The position numbers and the translations under genes were made by a program. Below, in pieces: positions 49,279-61,167 of a stretch of 64,000 bases of DNA (the stretch's first letter is position 1; every line of letters begins with the position of its first letter). Under the pieces are notes generated by a model, which did no database searches, had not been told where the DNA came from, and saw only the letters and a program-made list of their open reading frames with translations. Origin of the DNA: Candidatus Eiseniibacteriota bacterium (GTDB taxonomy: Bacteria > Eisenbacteria > RBG-16-71-46); assembly GCA_044222065.1 (NCBI GenBank), contig JBGAOA010000003.1, positions 48,959-112,958 on the forward strand, in the 5' to 3' direction.

Positions 49279-52200
49279 TCACTTCAGCCACACGAACGTG
49301 TGCCGCCGCTCCTCGCCGTCCACGCGCAGCTTCGCGAAGTACACGCCGGCACGCGCACGGGCGGAACCGTCCGCCGCGCCGTCCCACTTCGCCGCGTGCC
49401 AGCCGGCCTCGAGCACGCCGTCCGCGAGCGTCTTCACCCGGCGGCCGGCGACGTCGTAGAGGTCGAGCCGCACGCGGGCGCGGCGCGGCAGGCCGAAGCG
49501 CAGCGTCGCCGCGCCGCGCGCCGGATTCGGCATCACGGGCGCGAGTTCGAGCGCGAGCGGCGCCGGCTCGACGTCGGTGCTGCCGAGGACCGCGAACGGC
49601 TCGCTCATCGCGAGCACGCCCTCGACCTGGAGCGGCGCGTCCACGATCGCGAGCGTCGAGTCGGGCGTGAGCTGGTTCTCGACCCAAACGATGGCGACGC
49701 GCACGCCCTCGCCGATGCGGGCGGGCGCCGTCCACGTGTAGCGGCCGTCGTTCGCGACGTGGTCGGCGTCGAGCGTCCACAGCGAGTCCCCGGGGAACTG
49801 GTGCAGCACCGCGACCCAGTTCACGTGGAGGTCGCGCGGCGTCTCCCAGTCCATGTCGGCCCGCTCGCCCGGGTGCAGGTCGCGCGGCGGAACGGGGCAG
49901 TGGACGCGGCCGTACTTCACGCGGATCGTGTCGCAGCCGGCGAAGCGCAGGCCGGACACGAGCCCGGTGACGCACACCTCGACGCTGTCGCCCGGCGCGA
50001 CCGCGAGCATCACGGCGCGGCGGTCGAATTTCACCGTCAGCGTGCTCTCGTTGCAGTCCGGCGTGCCGTCCTCGTCGTCGTCGCGATCGTCGCCGTCGCC
50101 GTGGCCGTGGCCGCCGCCGTTCGCATCGTCACCCGCGCCGGCGTAGCCCGAGTCGTCGCCGTGGCCGTGATGGTGCGTCGTGTCGGCCGGCACCACGCCG
50201 TTGAGCCGCAGGCTCGCGAGGTCCACGTCGCACGCGCGGTACGGCGCCGGCAGCGTGATCTCGCCCGTCACCCAGCGGCCGACCGAGCGGATGTTGAGCG
50301 TGCTCGGACGGAACTCGAAGTCCACGGGAACGACCGGCAGCGCGTCCGGCGTGCCGATCACGCGCACGGTGCCGTCGCCCGAGTTCACGACGTACAGGCG
50401 CACGAGTCCGAGCGGATTCACCGCGAGCGCCGTCGGCGCCGGACCGGTGGGGATCGTGCGTTCGAGCGTGAGCGACACCGGAGCGACCGGCAGCACCGTC
50501 GAGGCGCCGCTGCCGGCGCCCGTGCCGATCACGTAGACGAGCACGACGTTCTGGTCGTAGTCGGTGACGAACGCGCGCGTGCCGTCGGCGCTGATCGCGA
50601 CGGCGGTGCCGCCGCCCGAGCCCGTGTTCACGGTCGTCACGACTTTGTACTGGTTCGTGCCCGGCGCGAGCTGGATCACGAACAGCTGGCCCGCGGCGTT
50701 GAGCGCGACCGCCATCGTGCCGTCGGCGCTGATCGCGACCGCGGTGCCGCCGCCCGAGCCCGTGTTCACGGTCGTCACGACGCGCTGCGTGCGCAGGTCG
50801 ATGATCACGACGCCCGACGCGCACGCGACGAGCGCGAGCGTGCCGTCGGCGCTGATCGCGACGGCGGTGCCGCCGCCCGAGCCGGTGTTCACGGTCGTCA
50901 CGACCTGGTCGAACGTCGCGTTGCCCGGATTCGCGTCGATGACGCTCAGGTCGTTCGTGCCGGAGTTGAGCACGAACACCTTCGGGCCCGCCGCCGACAC
51001 GACGATGTCCACCGGCGCCTCGCCGACCGGGATGCTCTGGATCACGCGATGGTAGTCGGGAGAGGCGGGATCCACGTCCACGACGCTCACGCTGTTGCTG
51101 CCGGTGTTCGCGACGTACGCGCGCAGCGGCGCGGGCAGGATCGCGACCGACTGCGGCCTCAGGCCGACCGTCACGCTCGTGATGGACGTCGCGGCGACGA
51201 GGTCGAGCGCCGTGAGCGTATTGAGCGACGGGTTCGTGACGTAGCCGCGCTTGCCGTCCGGGGTGATCGCGAGGTCGCGGATGCCCTGGCTCGCGTCGAG
51301 GTCGCCGACCGCGCCGCCGAGCGTGGGGTTCGGCGGCAGCACGATGAAGTTGACGCCCGGGCTCGTCGCCGCGTTCGCGGTCACGGTCACGGGACCGCTC
51401 GTCGCGGCGAGCGGCACGACGCTCGTGATCGAGCCCGGTTCGGCGCCCGTCACGGGTCCGGCCGTGCCGTTGAACGTCACGACGTTCTGCGCGGCGATCG
51501 CGTCGAAGCCCTCGCCCGCGATCGCGACCGCGGCGCCGACGGGGCCCGCGGGCGGCTGGATCGCGGCGATGCGCACGGCCGGCGGCGCCTGCACGGTGAA
51601 CGACGACGTCGCGCCCGAGGCGAGCGGCTGCCCGTCCGTGTCGCGCGCGCCCGGCTGCACGGTGATGACGCAGTTCGCCGAGTACGGCAGCCGCTGGGAG
51701 GGCTGGAAGACGAGGAAGCGGCCTTCGTCCTCCGCCCGCCACGTGCCCGCCACGGACGCGCCGTTCGCGCTCAGGCCGATGGCGCTCGTCGCGTTCGCCG
51801 CCATCTTCTGCGTGAAGCGCACGGCGATCGGCGTCGTTGCGTTCAGGTTCGTCGCGCCGTCGGGCGGCGAGATCGCGGTGATCTCGGGCGCGATCTCGGC
51901 GTCGCTCAGCACGACGTGCGCGGTGAGCGTCGCGTGCGCGGGCTCGACGCCGAGCACGCGCGCGTTCAGGTACGCGTTCGCGCCCGACGCGGGCAGCGTC
52001 CACGGCACCGACGCTTCGCCGTTCGAGTCCGTCGTGCGCACGAGCAGCGTCGTGTTCGCGCCGGGGAACGAGCCGCTGCCGGACGTGAGCGCGAACTCGA
52101 CGAGCGCGCCCGGAGCGGGCTGGCCCTGCGGACCGGTCGCGCGCACGCGCGCGGCCTGCGGCAGCGTCGTTCCGGGCGGCCCCGACTGCTGGTCGCCGGC

Positions 52201-55200
52201 GACGACGGCGAGCTGCGTCGCCTCGGTCGTCGTGACCGTGCGGATGCGCGCGGTCGCGCCGAAGCCGCTCGCGGTTTCGAGCGTCGTGACGAACAGCGTG
52301 CGGCCGTCCGCCGTGCGCTCGACCGCGTGCGTCCGTTCGCCGAACGGGAAGGACGTCGCGCGGAGCGGGCTCGCCGAGGCGTCGAAGCGGTAGAGCGAGT
52401 CGCCGTTCGAGACGACGTAGAAGTCCTCGAGGCCGCTGCCCGGCACTGCGCCGAAGTAGCGCTGGACGGGGGCGCCCGCCGGGAGCCCCGCGAACAGCAC
52501 CTGCCCGACGGGACCCGCGGCCGGGTCCATGTTCCACACCACGAACGACTCGACGCCGGTCGTGTAGATGCCGAGCGCGCGACGCCCGTCGGCCGAGAAG
52601 CGGATCTGGCTGAAGATGCCGCCGCTCGGGACGCCGGGATGATGCGCGAACGAACTCGCGACGCGCGCCCCGGTCGTCATGTCGAGGATGCGAACGCTGT
52701 CGTACGCCGCGATGAGCCAGCGGCCGTCGGGCGAGATGCCGATCGCGCTGACCTGCGCGACGGGCGACCAGGGCAGGAGCGTCGGCGACCCGTCCGGCTT
52801 GTAGAGGCCGAGGCCCGACAGGCTGCCCGTCGTCGAGCCGAGCGCGACGTAGCGGCCGAGCGGATCCACGGCGATCGCGCGCACGAGGAAGTGCTCGGTC
52901 AGTCCGAAGGTGCCGACGAGCTGCCCGAACGTCGGGCTCGCCGGATCGGTGTCCACGACCCGCGCGCCGAAATTGCGGGTCGCGACGTACGCGCGGCGGC
53001 CGTCGGGCGAGAACTCGGGGCCGCGGATCGGATCGAGCGCGACGCTCGCGTCGTCCACGTCCACGCGGCCGAGCACGGTGCCGAAGTTCTGGCTGCCGTT
53101 GCGCGAGACGTCGTAGAGGTCGAGGAACACGCCGACGTTTCCGGTCTGGCGCAGGATCGCGAGCGTGCGGCCGTCGGGCGAGAGCCGCGCGCTGCTCAGG
53201 AACCCGACGTACGGATCGGGTCCCGGCTGGATCGTGTCGCGGACCGGCAGCGTGCCGACGACGCGCGGCTGGAAGTTCGCGAGCGCGTCCACGACGCGGA
53301 ACGGCAGCCCGTAGCTGCGCTGGCCGTCGCCGCGCTGGACGACCGCCTGCGTCTCGGCCGCGGGCAGGCCCGGCACGCGCGCGCCGACGCCGTCGCTGCC
53401 GGCGAAGAGCGCGGCCGCGTTCGCGAGGCCGAAGTCCACGGTCGTGCCGGCGCCGAACGCCGACGACGAGTCGCCCTGCACCGCGACCACCTGGCCGGGG
53501 ATCGCGACGTCCGGGACGACGCGCGCGATCGGGGGCGCGCTGCCGAGCACCTGGTAGATCGAGAGCGAGCGGCCGCCGCGGTTCGCCACCGCGACGATCG
53601 TGCCGTTCGCTCCGAGCGACACGGCGACCGGGTGCAGGCCGCTCGGCACGTTCGCGACCGAGCGCCCGAACAGCGCGCCGGTCGCGGGCCCGAGGCTCAC
53701 GACGTCGAGCTGGCTCACCGATTCGTTGACGACGTAGGCGGCCTGGCCCTGCGGCGTCACGACCACGTCGCGCGCCGAGCCGTCGAACGCGAACGGCCCG
53801 CCGTTGATCGCGAAGCCGCCGGTCCCGCCGCAGGTGAGCGCGTTCGTGCCGTCGAGGCCGATCGAGATGCCGCCGCGCACCGGCGTCGGGAAGATGGGCG
53901 AGGGATCCGCCGAGCGAATTGCGTTCGCCCACACGCCGGTCGGCGTGCCGAGCAGCAGCGCGTTGCCGCGCGGATCCACGGTGAGCGAAACGAACGCGCC
54001 CTGGCCGCGATCGAAGCCGTGGTTCGCGACGACGCGGTAGAGCGTCGAGCCGGAGGCGAGGTCGACTTCGTAGATCGCCGAGTCGTTCGCCACGGTGACG
54101 AACGCGCGCCGGCCGTCCGGCGAGAGCGCGACCTGGTCGGGCGCGCCGTCGATCGGGATGGACGCGATCGCGCTGCCGAACGTGCCGAGCGCCGGGTTCG
54201 CCTGGAACACGACGACCGCGGAATCGGCCGGCGCGGTGACGACCGCGCGCGCGCCGTCGGGCGTGATCGCGATCGACTTCGCGGGGCGGGCGGAGCGCGA
54301 CACGGGCGTGCGCAGCGGCCCGCCCGAGGCCGAGGCGAGGTTCACGGTCGCGACGCCGCCGTCGCCGACGACGAACGCGACGTCGCCCGCGGGAGCGAGC
54401 GCGACGTCCTGGGGCGCCCAGCCGAGCGCGATCTCGCCGCCCTGCGGCGACGGCGACGGCAGCGACGCGGGCGCGAGCACGGTGATGGAAAGCGGGTTGC
54501 TCACCTCGCTCGGGTCGGCCTGCGCGCGCTCGCGGGCGGCCTTGCTGGGCCCGGCCGTCGGGAACTGCTCCACCACGACGAGCGTCGAGCCGGGCGGCAG
54601 TCCCTGCGGGACCTGGACCACGATGCTGCTCGGCGAAATGAGCAGCGGCGAGACTTCGATCGGCGAGCCGCCCGAGGGATAGAACGCGACGAGCGTCGCG
54701 ACGATCGCGGACTGGGGCGTGTAGCCCGAGCCGGTGAGGGTGATGTAGGCGCCGGCGGGCGCCGTGCGCGGTTCGATGTTCGCGATCGAGACGGGCGGCT
54801 CGGGCATCGTCGTGAACGCCGTCACGAACGGCCCCGCGAGGTGCACGCCGTTGCGGTCCGCGAGCGCGGTGCCGATCTCGAGCTCGTAGGTGGCGTCGAA
54901 CGACAGCGGATCGGACGGCGTGAAGACGAACGTGCGCCCGAAGTTCGACAGGATGCCCGACCCCGCGAGCGAACTCGTGAGCCCCTGCACGCGGAGCTTG
55001 AACGCGTTCTGAAGCGTGGCGGCGTCGATCGGCTCGCTGAACGTCACCTGGAGCGCGCCGTCGATCTCGATGCCCGTCGCGCCGTCGGCGGGACTCGCCG
55101 ACAGCACCGTCGGCGCCGTCGTGTCGAGGTTCGTCACGACGTCCACGCCGGCGAGCGCCGCACCGGCCGTGACCGCGAGCGTGCGCTTCGAGGCCGGATC

Positions 55201-58200
55201 GTCGGAGGCGGTCTCGACGTCGCTCGCCCACTCGGGCTCGAACGTGCGCGCCGAAGCGATGTCGAGCAGCCGCTGGCTGATGTAGATCGGCGTGAGGCCG
55301 TCGAGCACGGAGCCGTCGAGCGCCTGCACGTGCACGCCGTAGTTCCCGGGCGGCAGGCGCAACAGCCGGTACGAACCGTCCTCGCGCGTGTAGTCCGACG
55401 CCACCGTGTCCGCGGGCGCGCCGGACGGATCGAGGCGCACGGCGGTCACGAGCGCGCCGCGCACGCTCGGATCGCCGGCCGCGACGGTGTCGCGCCGCAC
55501 GCGCCCGGTGATCGAGCCGAACGCGGCGAGCGCGGCGGCGTCGGGATAGGCGCCCGAGATCGCCGCCTCGTCGTCGGGCGAGAGCGTCGAGGCGAGCGCG
55601 CCCGGCAGCTGCACGAAGTACATCGTCGCATCGCTCACGCCGCTGTGGCTCAGGCCCAGCAGGTGCCCGACCTCGTGCGTCGCGACGCTGCGCAGGTCCC
55701 ACGTGCCCGGGTGCGAGGGCGTCGCGAGCGAGGCCGCCGGGTTGAACAGGATGTCCGCGTCGAGGATCGAGCCCGGAAGCTCGAGGCGGTCGTCGAACGC
55801 GCCCTGCTTCACGAGCGACAGCGTCGGCGTGACGGCGAGCACCTCGGGCGAGAACGGGAACGAGTTGTCGGCGAACGTGATCAGGTTCACGCCGTCCGTG
55901 GCGCTCGCGAACTTCTGCGCCGTGACGGGCTGCTCGAGCAGCGGCACGTTCGCGCCCGCGACCCCTCGCCACGCGGCGAACGCCGCGTCGATCGCGCCGT
56001 GCGCCTCGCCGGTGCCGAACTGCGCGATGTTCTGGTTCGAATAGGCGTAGCGGATCGGCCGGCGCGCGTTCGTCCACGATTCCACGTGGTGCAGCGTCGC
56101 GTTCGCGTCGGGGCAGCCGTCGCCGTCGGCGTCTTCGCCCGCGCTCGAGAGCTGCGGGCACGCGTCGCGCTCGTCCGGCACGCCGTCGCCGTCGGCGTCG
56201 TGGCCGATCGCGATCACGCGCACGTTGTCGAAGAACGGCAGCCGCGTCGGCGCGCGATCCACCGCGAAGTTCCCGATGAGCGCCTGCTCGTAGCGGTCCT
56301 CGACCTGGAGGAAGAACTGCAGCGAGTCGCACGGCGCCGAGAACTGGAAGTCGGACGGGTACTGGATCACGCGGTTCGTCACGAGCGGCGACAGCACGTC
56401 GGTGCCGCTGAAGAACTGCATGAACACGAAGAACGACGGCGCGCAGAACAGCGGCCGCTCGGCGCCGGCGTTCTTGCCGCGCACCCACACGGTGAACGCC
56501 TTGCCCATGTTGCGCAGCGGGAACTTGCCGTCGAACACGAAGCCGACCGAGCCCGTCGTGTGGACGTTCGAGGGCACGGGGTTCGCGACCCACGGCGCCG
56601 TGAGCCGCTCGAGCACGTTGTCGGGCACGAAGCCGCTCGCCGAACCGACCGTGAACACGCACGACGCATCGCTGAAGTCGTAGCCGCTCTGGACGCCGGC
56701 GATCGTGTTCGGGAACGCGCCGTCGCGCGAGTACCACTCCTGCACGCCGGGCCCCGTGTGAGTCGCGTTGTAGGCCGCGAGCGTCCACGCGCCGATCGAG
56801 CCGTCCTCGAAATCCACCGGCGGAACGAGATCGGTCGCGCCGTCGCGCAGCGTCACGTTGTCGAGCACGGCCGCCGCCTGCGCGCCCTGCTTGAGCCCGT
56901 CCTCGTCCGAGCCCGTGATGTTCGTCTGGACGACGATGCGGACGCGGCGCACGCCGGTGACCCCCGCGAAGGTTCCCCGCACGCGGTAGGTGCCGAACGT
57001 CGAGATCGGACCGGAGGTCTCGACGTAGCCGCCATTGATCGCGATGAAGGTGGACATGCCGAACCCCTGCCATCCGCCGAGACCGTCCTCGATCTGGAGG
57101 AACAGGAATTCGTTCGCGTTCGTGAAATTCGCTTGATCGGGCGAGCCGCCCGAGCCGCTGACGCCGTCGAGTTCGACCGTTGCGTCGAATTCGAGCGTCG
57201 CGTTCGGGTGCGCGCTGAAGTCGATGGGCGGCGAAACGAGGCGCTGGCTCCAGTCGTTGCCGTAGCCGTGGTCGCGCACCCAGTCCTTCACGACGTCCGC
57301 GTGCGTCGTCATGTCGGCGCCGACGCGCAGCGCTCGGGCGCCCATCTGGACCCCGATCGGCACGCCCGCCGCCAGTTCGACGCGGCCGTCGGCGCGCACG
57401 CGGTAGACGAGCCCGTCGTTGGCGCTCGAGACGTAGACGCCGCCCGCGCCGTCGCCCGCGGTGCTCGTGATCGAGTGGAACACCTGCTTCGGTCCGAGGT
57501 CGGCTTCGGCGGCGCTGGCGTACAGATCGCTGCCGCCCGCGACGAGTTCGAAGCTCGAGCCGTTGAGGCGCCAGATGCGCTCGCGGAACGACATCAGCAG
57601 CGAGCCGTTCGAGTAGTCGAGCTTCTTGAACGACGCGCCGCCCGGCGGCGGGAAGGACGGCTCGGTCAGCACGGGGTTCGGGCCGAGCGGATCCTGGATC
57701 GCGTAGAAGTGCACTTCGGTCGACAGGTAGAGCACCGAGGCGTCGGGCGTCACCGCGAGGCCTTCGGTGATGTCGCCCTGCAGCGGCTCGCCGCCGATCG
57801 TGACGATGCGAAGGTCGTTGCGACGCAGCACGCGCACGGCGCCGCTGATCGCGTCGAAGTACACGTTGCCCGCCGCGTCCACCGCGAACTGCGTGAAGCC
57901 GGCGATGAGCGCCTCGGCCGCCGTCGTGTCGGCGGGAACGGCGCCCGCGCCGACGAGCATCGTCGCGGTGCCGTCGGGCGTGACGGACCACAGCTGGCTG
58001 CCGCTCACGCTCATCACGACGCCGTGCGTCACGGGGTCGTACTCGACCTGGTCCGGGGCGCCCATCGGCAGCGCCGGGAGGCGGCGCATCACGTTCTGCC
58101 CCGGATAGAGGACGAACGCCGCTCCGCTCCAGCCCGCGTCGCGGTCGGAGTAGAACACCTGCCCCGAGTCGAGCACGGCGATCGCGCCGGGCGATCCGAG

Positions 58201-58590
58201 GCGCGTGCCGAGCAGCGCCGTGCTCGCGGTCGCGGGCGGCGTGGCCGAGCGCTCGCCCGTGTAGAGCGGCCGGTTCGTCACGAGGTTCGTGACGTTCATG
58301 AAGATCTGGTTCACGCGATCCTCGAACCGCCAGCCGCGTTCGTCGCACAGGTTCGCGAGCGTCTGGAACGAGTGCGACATCGCGTACACGGTGTCGGGCC
58401 CGGCGTTGAGCGTCGGGAGCGACGAGACGTCGCGGAACTGCGCGGGGAGGATCTTCGGGAGCGCGTTCGCGGTCGTGGCGGACGGCGCGGCGTGCGCGCC
58501 GGCCGCGGCGTGCGCGCCGGCCGCGGCGTTGAGCGCCGCGGCGATGAGCGCGGCGAGCGCGATCGGGCGGAAGCGGCGGAGCGCGTTCAT
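49279..58590 (-). CDS. Giant (3103 aa) secreted multidomain protein: beta-propellers, TSP3-like Ca motif, M10 matrixin metalloprotease, Ig-like (Big_5/IPT-TIG) domains, YVTN-like propellers, FlgD-Ig/T9SS-CTD-like tail
   Basis: ATG 58590 (ATGA overlap) with signal peptide; DADGDGVPDERDACP; HEVGHLLGLSHS + Met-turn ATMY; DTTAPTVLSASPADGATG; tail PNPARGAATLRFGLP...LYDVAGRRV...WDG...AGVYF. Confidence 0.85.
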   Translation of the reverse strand: MNALRRFRPIALAALIAAALNAAAGAHAAAGAHAAPSATTANALPKILPAQFRDVSSLPTLNAGPDTVYAMSHSFQTLANLCDERGWRFEDRVNQIFMNVTNLVTNRPLYTGERSATPPATASTALLGTRLGSPGAIAVLDSGQVFYSDRDAGWSGAAFVLYPGQNVMRRLPALPMGAPDQVEYDPVTHGVVMSVSGSQLWSVTPDGTATMLVGAGAVPADTTAAEALIAGFTQFAVDAAGNVYFDAISGAVRVLRRNDLRIVTIGGEPLQGDITEGLAVTPDASVLYLSTEVHFYAIQDPLGPNPVLTEPSFPPPGGASFKKLDYSNGSLLMSFRERIWRLNGSSFELVAGGSDLYASAAEADLGPKQVFHSITSTAGDGAGGVYVSSANDGLVYRVRADGRVELAAGVPIGVQMGARALRVGADMTTHADVVKDWVRDHGYGNDWSQRLVSPPIDFSAHPNATLEFDATVELDGVSGSGGSPDQANFTNANEFLFLQIEDGLGGWQGFGMSTFIAINGGYVETSGPISTFGTYRVRGTFAGVTGVRRVRIVVQTNITGSDEDGLKQGAQAAAVLDNVTLRDGATDLVPPVDFEDGSIGAWTLAAYNATHTGPGVQEWYSRDGAFPNTIAGVQSGYDFSDASCVFTVGSASGFVPDNVLERLTAPWVANPVPSNVHTTGSVGFVFDGKFPLRNMGKAFTVWVRGKNAGAERPLFCAPSFFVFMQFFSGTDVLSPLVTNRVIQYPSDFQFSAPCDSLQFFLQVEDRYEQALIGNFAVDRAPTRLPFFDNVRVIAIGHDADGDGVPDERDACPQLSSAGEDADGDGCPDANATLHHVESWTNARRPIRYAYSNQNIAQFGTGEAHGAIDAAFAAWRGVAGANVPLLEQPVTAQKFASATDGVNLITFADNSFPFSPEVLAVTPTLSLVKQGAFDDRLELPGSILDADILFNPAASLATPSHPGTWDLRSVATHEVGHLLGLSHSGVSDATMYFVQLPGALASTLSPDDEAAISGAYPDAAALAAFGSITGRVRRDTVAAGDPSVRGALVTAVRLDPSGAPADTVASDYTREDGSYRLLRLPPGNYGVHVQALDGSVLDGLTPIYISQRLLDIASARTFEPEWASDVETASDDPASKRTLAVTAGAALAGVDVVTNLDTTAPTVLSASPADGATGIEIDGALQVTFSEPIDAATLQNAFKLRVQGLTSSLAGSGILSNFGRTFVFTPSDPLSFDATYELEIGTALADRNGVHLAGPFVTAFTTMPEPPVSIANIEPRTAPAGAYITLTGSGYTPQSAIVATLVAFYPSGGSPIEVSPLLISPSSIVVQVPQGLPPGSTLVVVEQFPTAGPSKAARERAQADPSEVSNPLSITVLAPASLPSPSPQGGEIALGWAPQDVALAPAGDVAFVVGDGGVATVNLASASGGPLRTPVSRSARPAKSIAITPDGARAVVTAPADSAVVVFQANPALGTFGSAIASIPIDGAPDQVALSPDGRRAFVTVANDSAIYEVDLASGSTLYRVVANHGFDRGQGAFVSLTVDPRGNALLLGTPTGVWANAIRSADPSPIFPTPVRGGISIGLDGTNALTCGGTGGFAINGGPFAFDGSARDVVVTPQGQAAYVVNESVSQLDVVSLGPATGALFGRSVANVPSGLHPVAVSLGANGTIVAVANRGGRSLSIYQVLGSAPPIARVVPDVAIPGQVVAVQGDSSSAFGAGTTVDFGLANAAALFAGSDGVGARVPGLPAAETQAVVQRGDGQRSYGLPFRVVDALANFQPRVVGTLPVRDTIQPGPDPYVGFLSSARLSPDGRTLAILRQTGNVGVFLDLYDVSRNGSQNFGTVLGRVDVDDASVALDPIRGPEFSPDGRRAYVATRNFGARVVDTDPASPTFGQLVGTFGLTEHFLVRAIAVDPLGRYVALGSTTGSLSGLGLYKPDGSPTLLPWSPVAQVSAIGISPDGRWLIAAYDSVRILDMTTGARVASSFAHHPGVPSGGIFSQIRFSADGRRALGIYTTGVESFVVWNMDPAAGPVGQVLFAGLPAGAPVQRYFGAVPGSGLEDFYVVSNGDSLYRFDASASPLRATSFPFGERTHAVERTADGRTLFVTTLETASGFGATARIRTVTTTEATQLAVVAGDQQSGPPGTTLPQAARVRATGPQGQPAPGALVEFALTSGSGSFPGANTTLLVRTTDSNGEASVPWTLPASGANAYLNARVLGVEPAHATLTAHVVLSDAEIAPEITAISPPDGATNLNATTPIAVRFTQKMAANATSAIGLSANGASVAGTWRAEDEGRFLVFQPSQRLPYSANCVITVQPGARDTDGQPLASGATSSFTVQAPPAVRIAAIQPPAGPVGAAVAIAGEGFDAIAAQNVVTFNGTAGPVTGAEPGSITSVVPLAATSGPVTVTANAATSPGVNFIVLPPNPTLGGAVGDLDASQGIRDLAITPDGKRGYVTNPSLNTLTALDLVAATSITSVTVGLRPQSVAILPAPLRAYVANTGSNSVSVVDVDPASPDYHRVIQSIPVGEAPVDIVVSAAGPKVFVLNSGTNDLSVIDANPGNATFDQVVTTVNTGSGGGTAVAISADGTLALVACASGVVIIDLRTQRVVTTVNTGSGGGTAVAISADGTMAVALNAAGQLFVIQLAPGTNQYKVVTTVNTGSGGGTAVAISADGTRAFVTDYDQNVVLVYVIGTGAGSGASTVLPVAPVSLTLERTIPTGPAPTALAVNPLGLVRLYVVNSGDGTVRVIGTPDALPVVPVDFEFRPSTLNIRSVGRWVTGEITLPAPYRACDVDLASLRLNGVVPADTTHHHGHGDDSGYAGAGDDANGGGHGHGDGDDRDDDEDGTPDCNESTLTVKFDRRAVMLAVAPGDSVEVCVTGLVSGLRFAGCDTIRVKYGRVHCPVPPRDLHPGERADMDWETPRDLHVNWVAVLHQFPGDSLWTLDADHVANDGRYTWTAPARIGEGVRVAIVWVENQLTPDSTLAIVDAPLQVEGVLAMSEPFAVLGSTDVEPAPLALELAPVMPNPARGAATLRFGLPRRARVRLDLYDVAGRRVKTLADGVLEAGWHAAKWDGAADGSARARAGVYFAKLRVDGEERRHTFVWLK
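50578..50904 (-). repeat. Three near-identical 66-nt intragenic repeats (VVTTVNTGSGGGTAVAISADGT)
   Basis: Copies at 50578-50643, 50716-50781, 50839-50904; copies 2 and 3 each differ from copy 1 by one base; periods 138 and 123 nt, in frame. Confidence 0.9.
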
Positions 58591-59150
58591 CGTCCGCCCT
58601 CCTCCGCCAGGACGCGGCGGACTTCGGCGAGCAGGTCGTCGAGCGCGAGGCTCGGCGCGGCCTCGCCCGCGCGCAGCGGACGCAGCGACTTGAGGTCGCC
58701 GACGCCGAGCCCCGGGAGCGAGCGCTGCACGGTCGCGCGCCCGGCGGCGTCGCGGCGGATCTCGAACTTGCCCTGCGCGAGGCCGTTCACCTGCGCGCGG
58801 CCCTGCGGGTCGCGCCACACGAACAGCAGCGCTTCCTCGCCGGGGGCGAACGCCGCGCTGCCCTCGATGTGGTAGCGCAGCCCGTCCACGACGCCGCCGA
58901 GCTGCGTGAGCGTCAGCTCGCCGCCCGCGCCGCCCTTGAGCCGCGACTCCACGCGCACCGTGACGTCGGTGAGGATGCGGGTGCGGCTCTCGTCCCAGTA
59001 GGAGCGGGTCGCGGAGACTTCGCCGACGACGATGTCGCTCGAGCGCGTGACGAGCGCCCGCGTGTCCATGCGGACCACGGTGGTCGCGCCGGCGGTGGCG
59101 GCGGCGAGCACGAAAGGAAGCAGCAGCAAGGCGCGGAACGGGCGCGGCAC
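58587..59150 (-). CDS. Small secreted protein (putative OB/NTR-TIMP-like fold), coupled to the giant protease gene
   Basis: Signal peptide ending AGA; TTVVRMD...LV..SSDIVVGEV...I.TDVTVRV...LKG...LGG.V.G....EG...F..GEE.LLF. Confidence 0.7.
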   Translation of the reverse strand: MPRPFRALLLLPFVLAAATAGATTVVRMDTRALVTRSSDIVVGEVSATRSYWDESRTRILTDVTVRVESRLKGGAGGELTLTQLGGVVDGLRYHIEGSAAFAPGEEALLFVWRDPQGRAQVNGLAQGKFEIRRDAAGRATVQRSLPGLGVGDLKSLRPLRAGEAAPSLALDDLLAEVRRVLAEEGGR

Positions 59151-59227
59151 GGGGAGTCTCCTTGCAAAGAGGTGGGCCCGCCGGCGCGGGGGACGCTCGG
59201 CAGCTCGGAAGCGAGTGTGTGTGCGAG

Positions 59228-61113
<1,886 letters not shown>

Positions 61114-61167
61114 CGGCGCACTCCGCGCGAGCGCGACCCGCGAGCCGTCCCCACACCGGGCGCGCCC

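Noticed and set aside
50578..50904. Repeat-spacer pattern resembling a CRISPR array
   Set aside because: Repeats are 66 nt, only three copies, in frame within a CDS, and no cas genes are present
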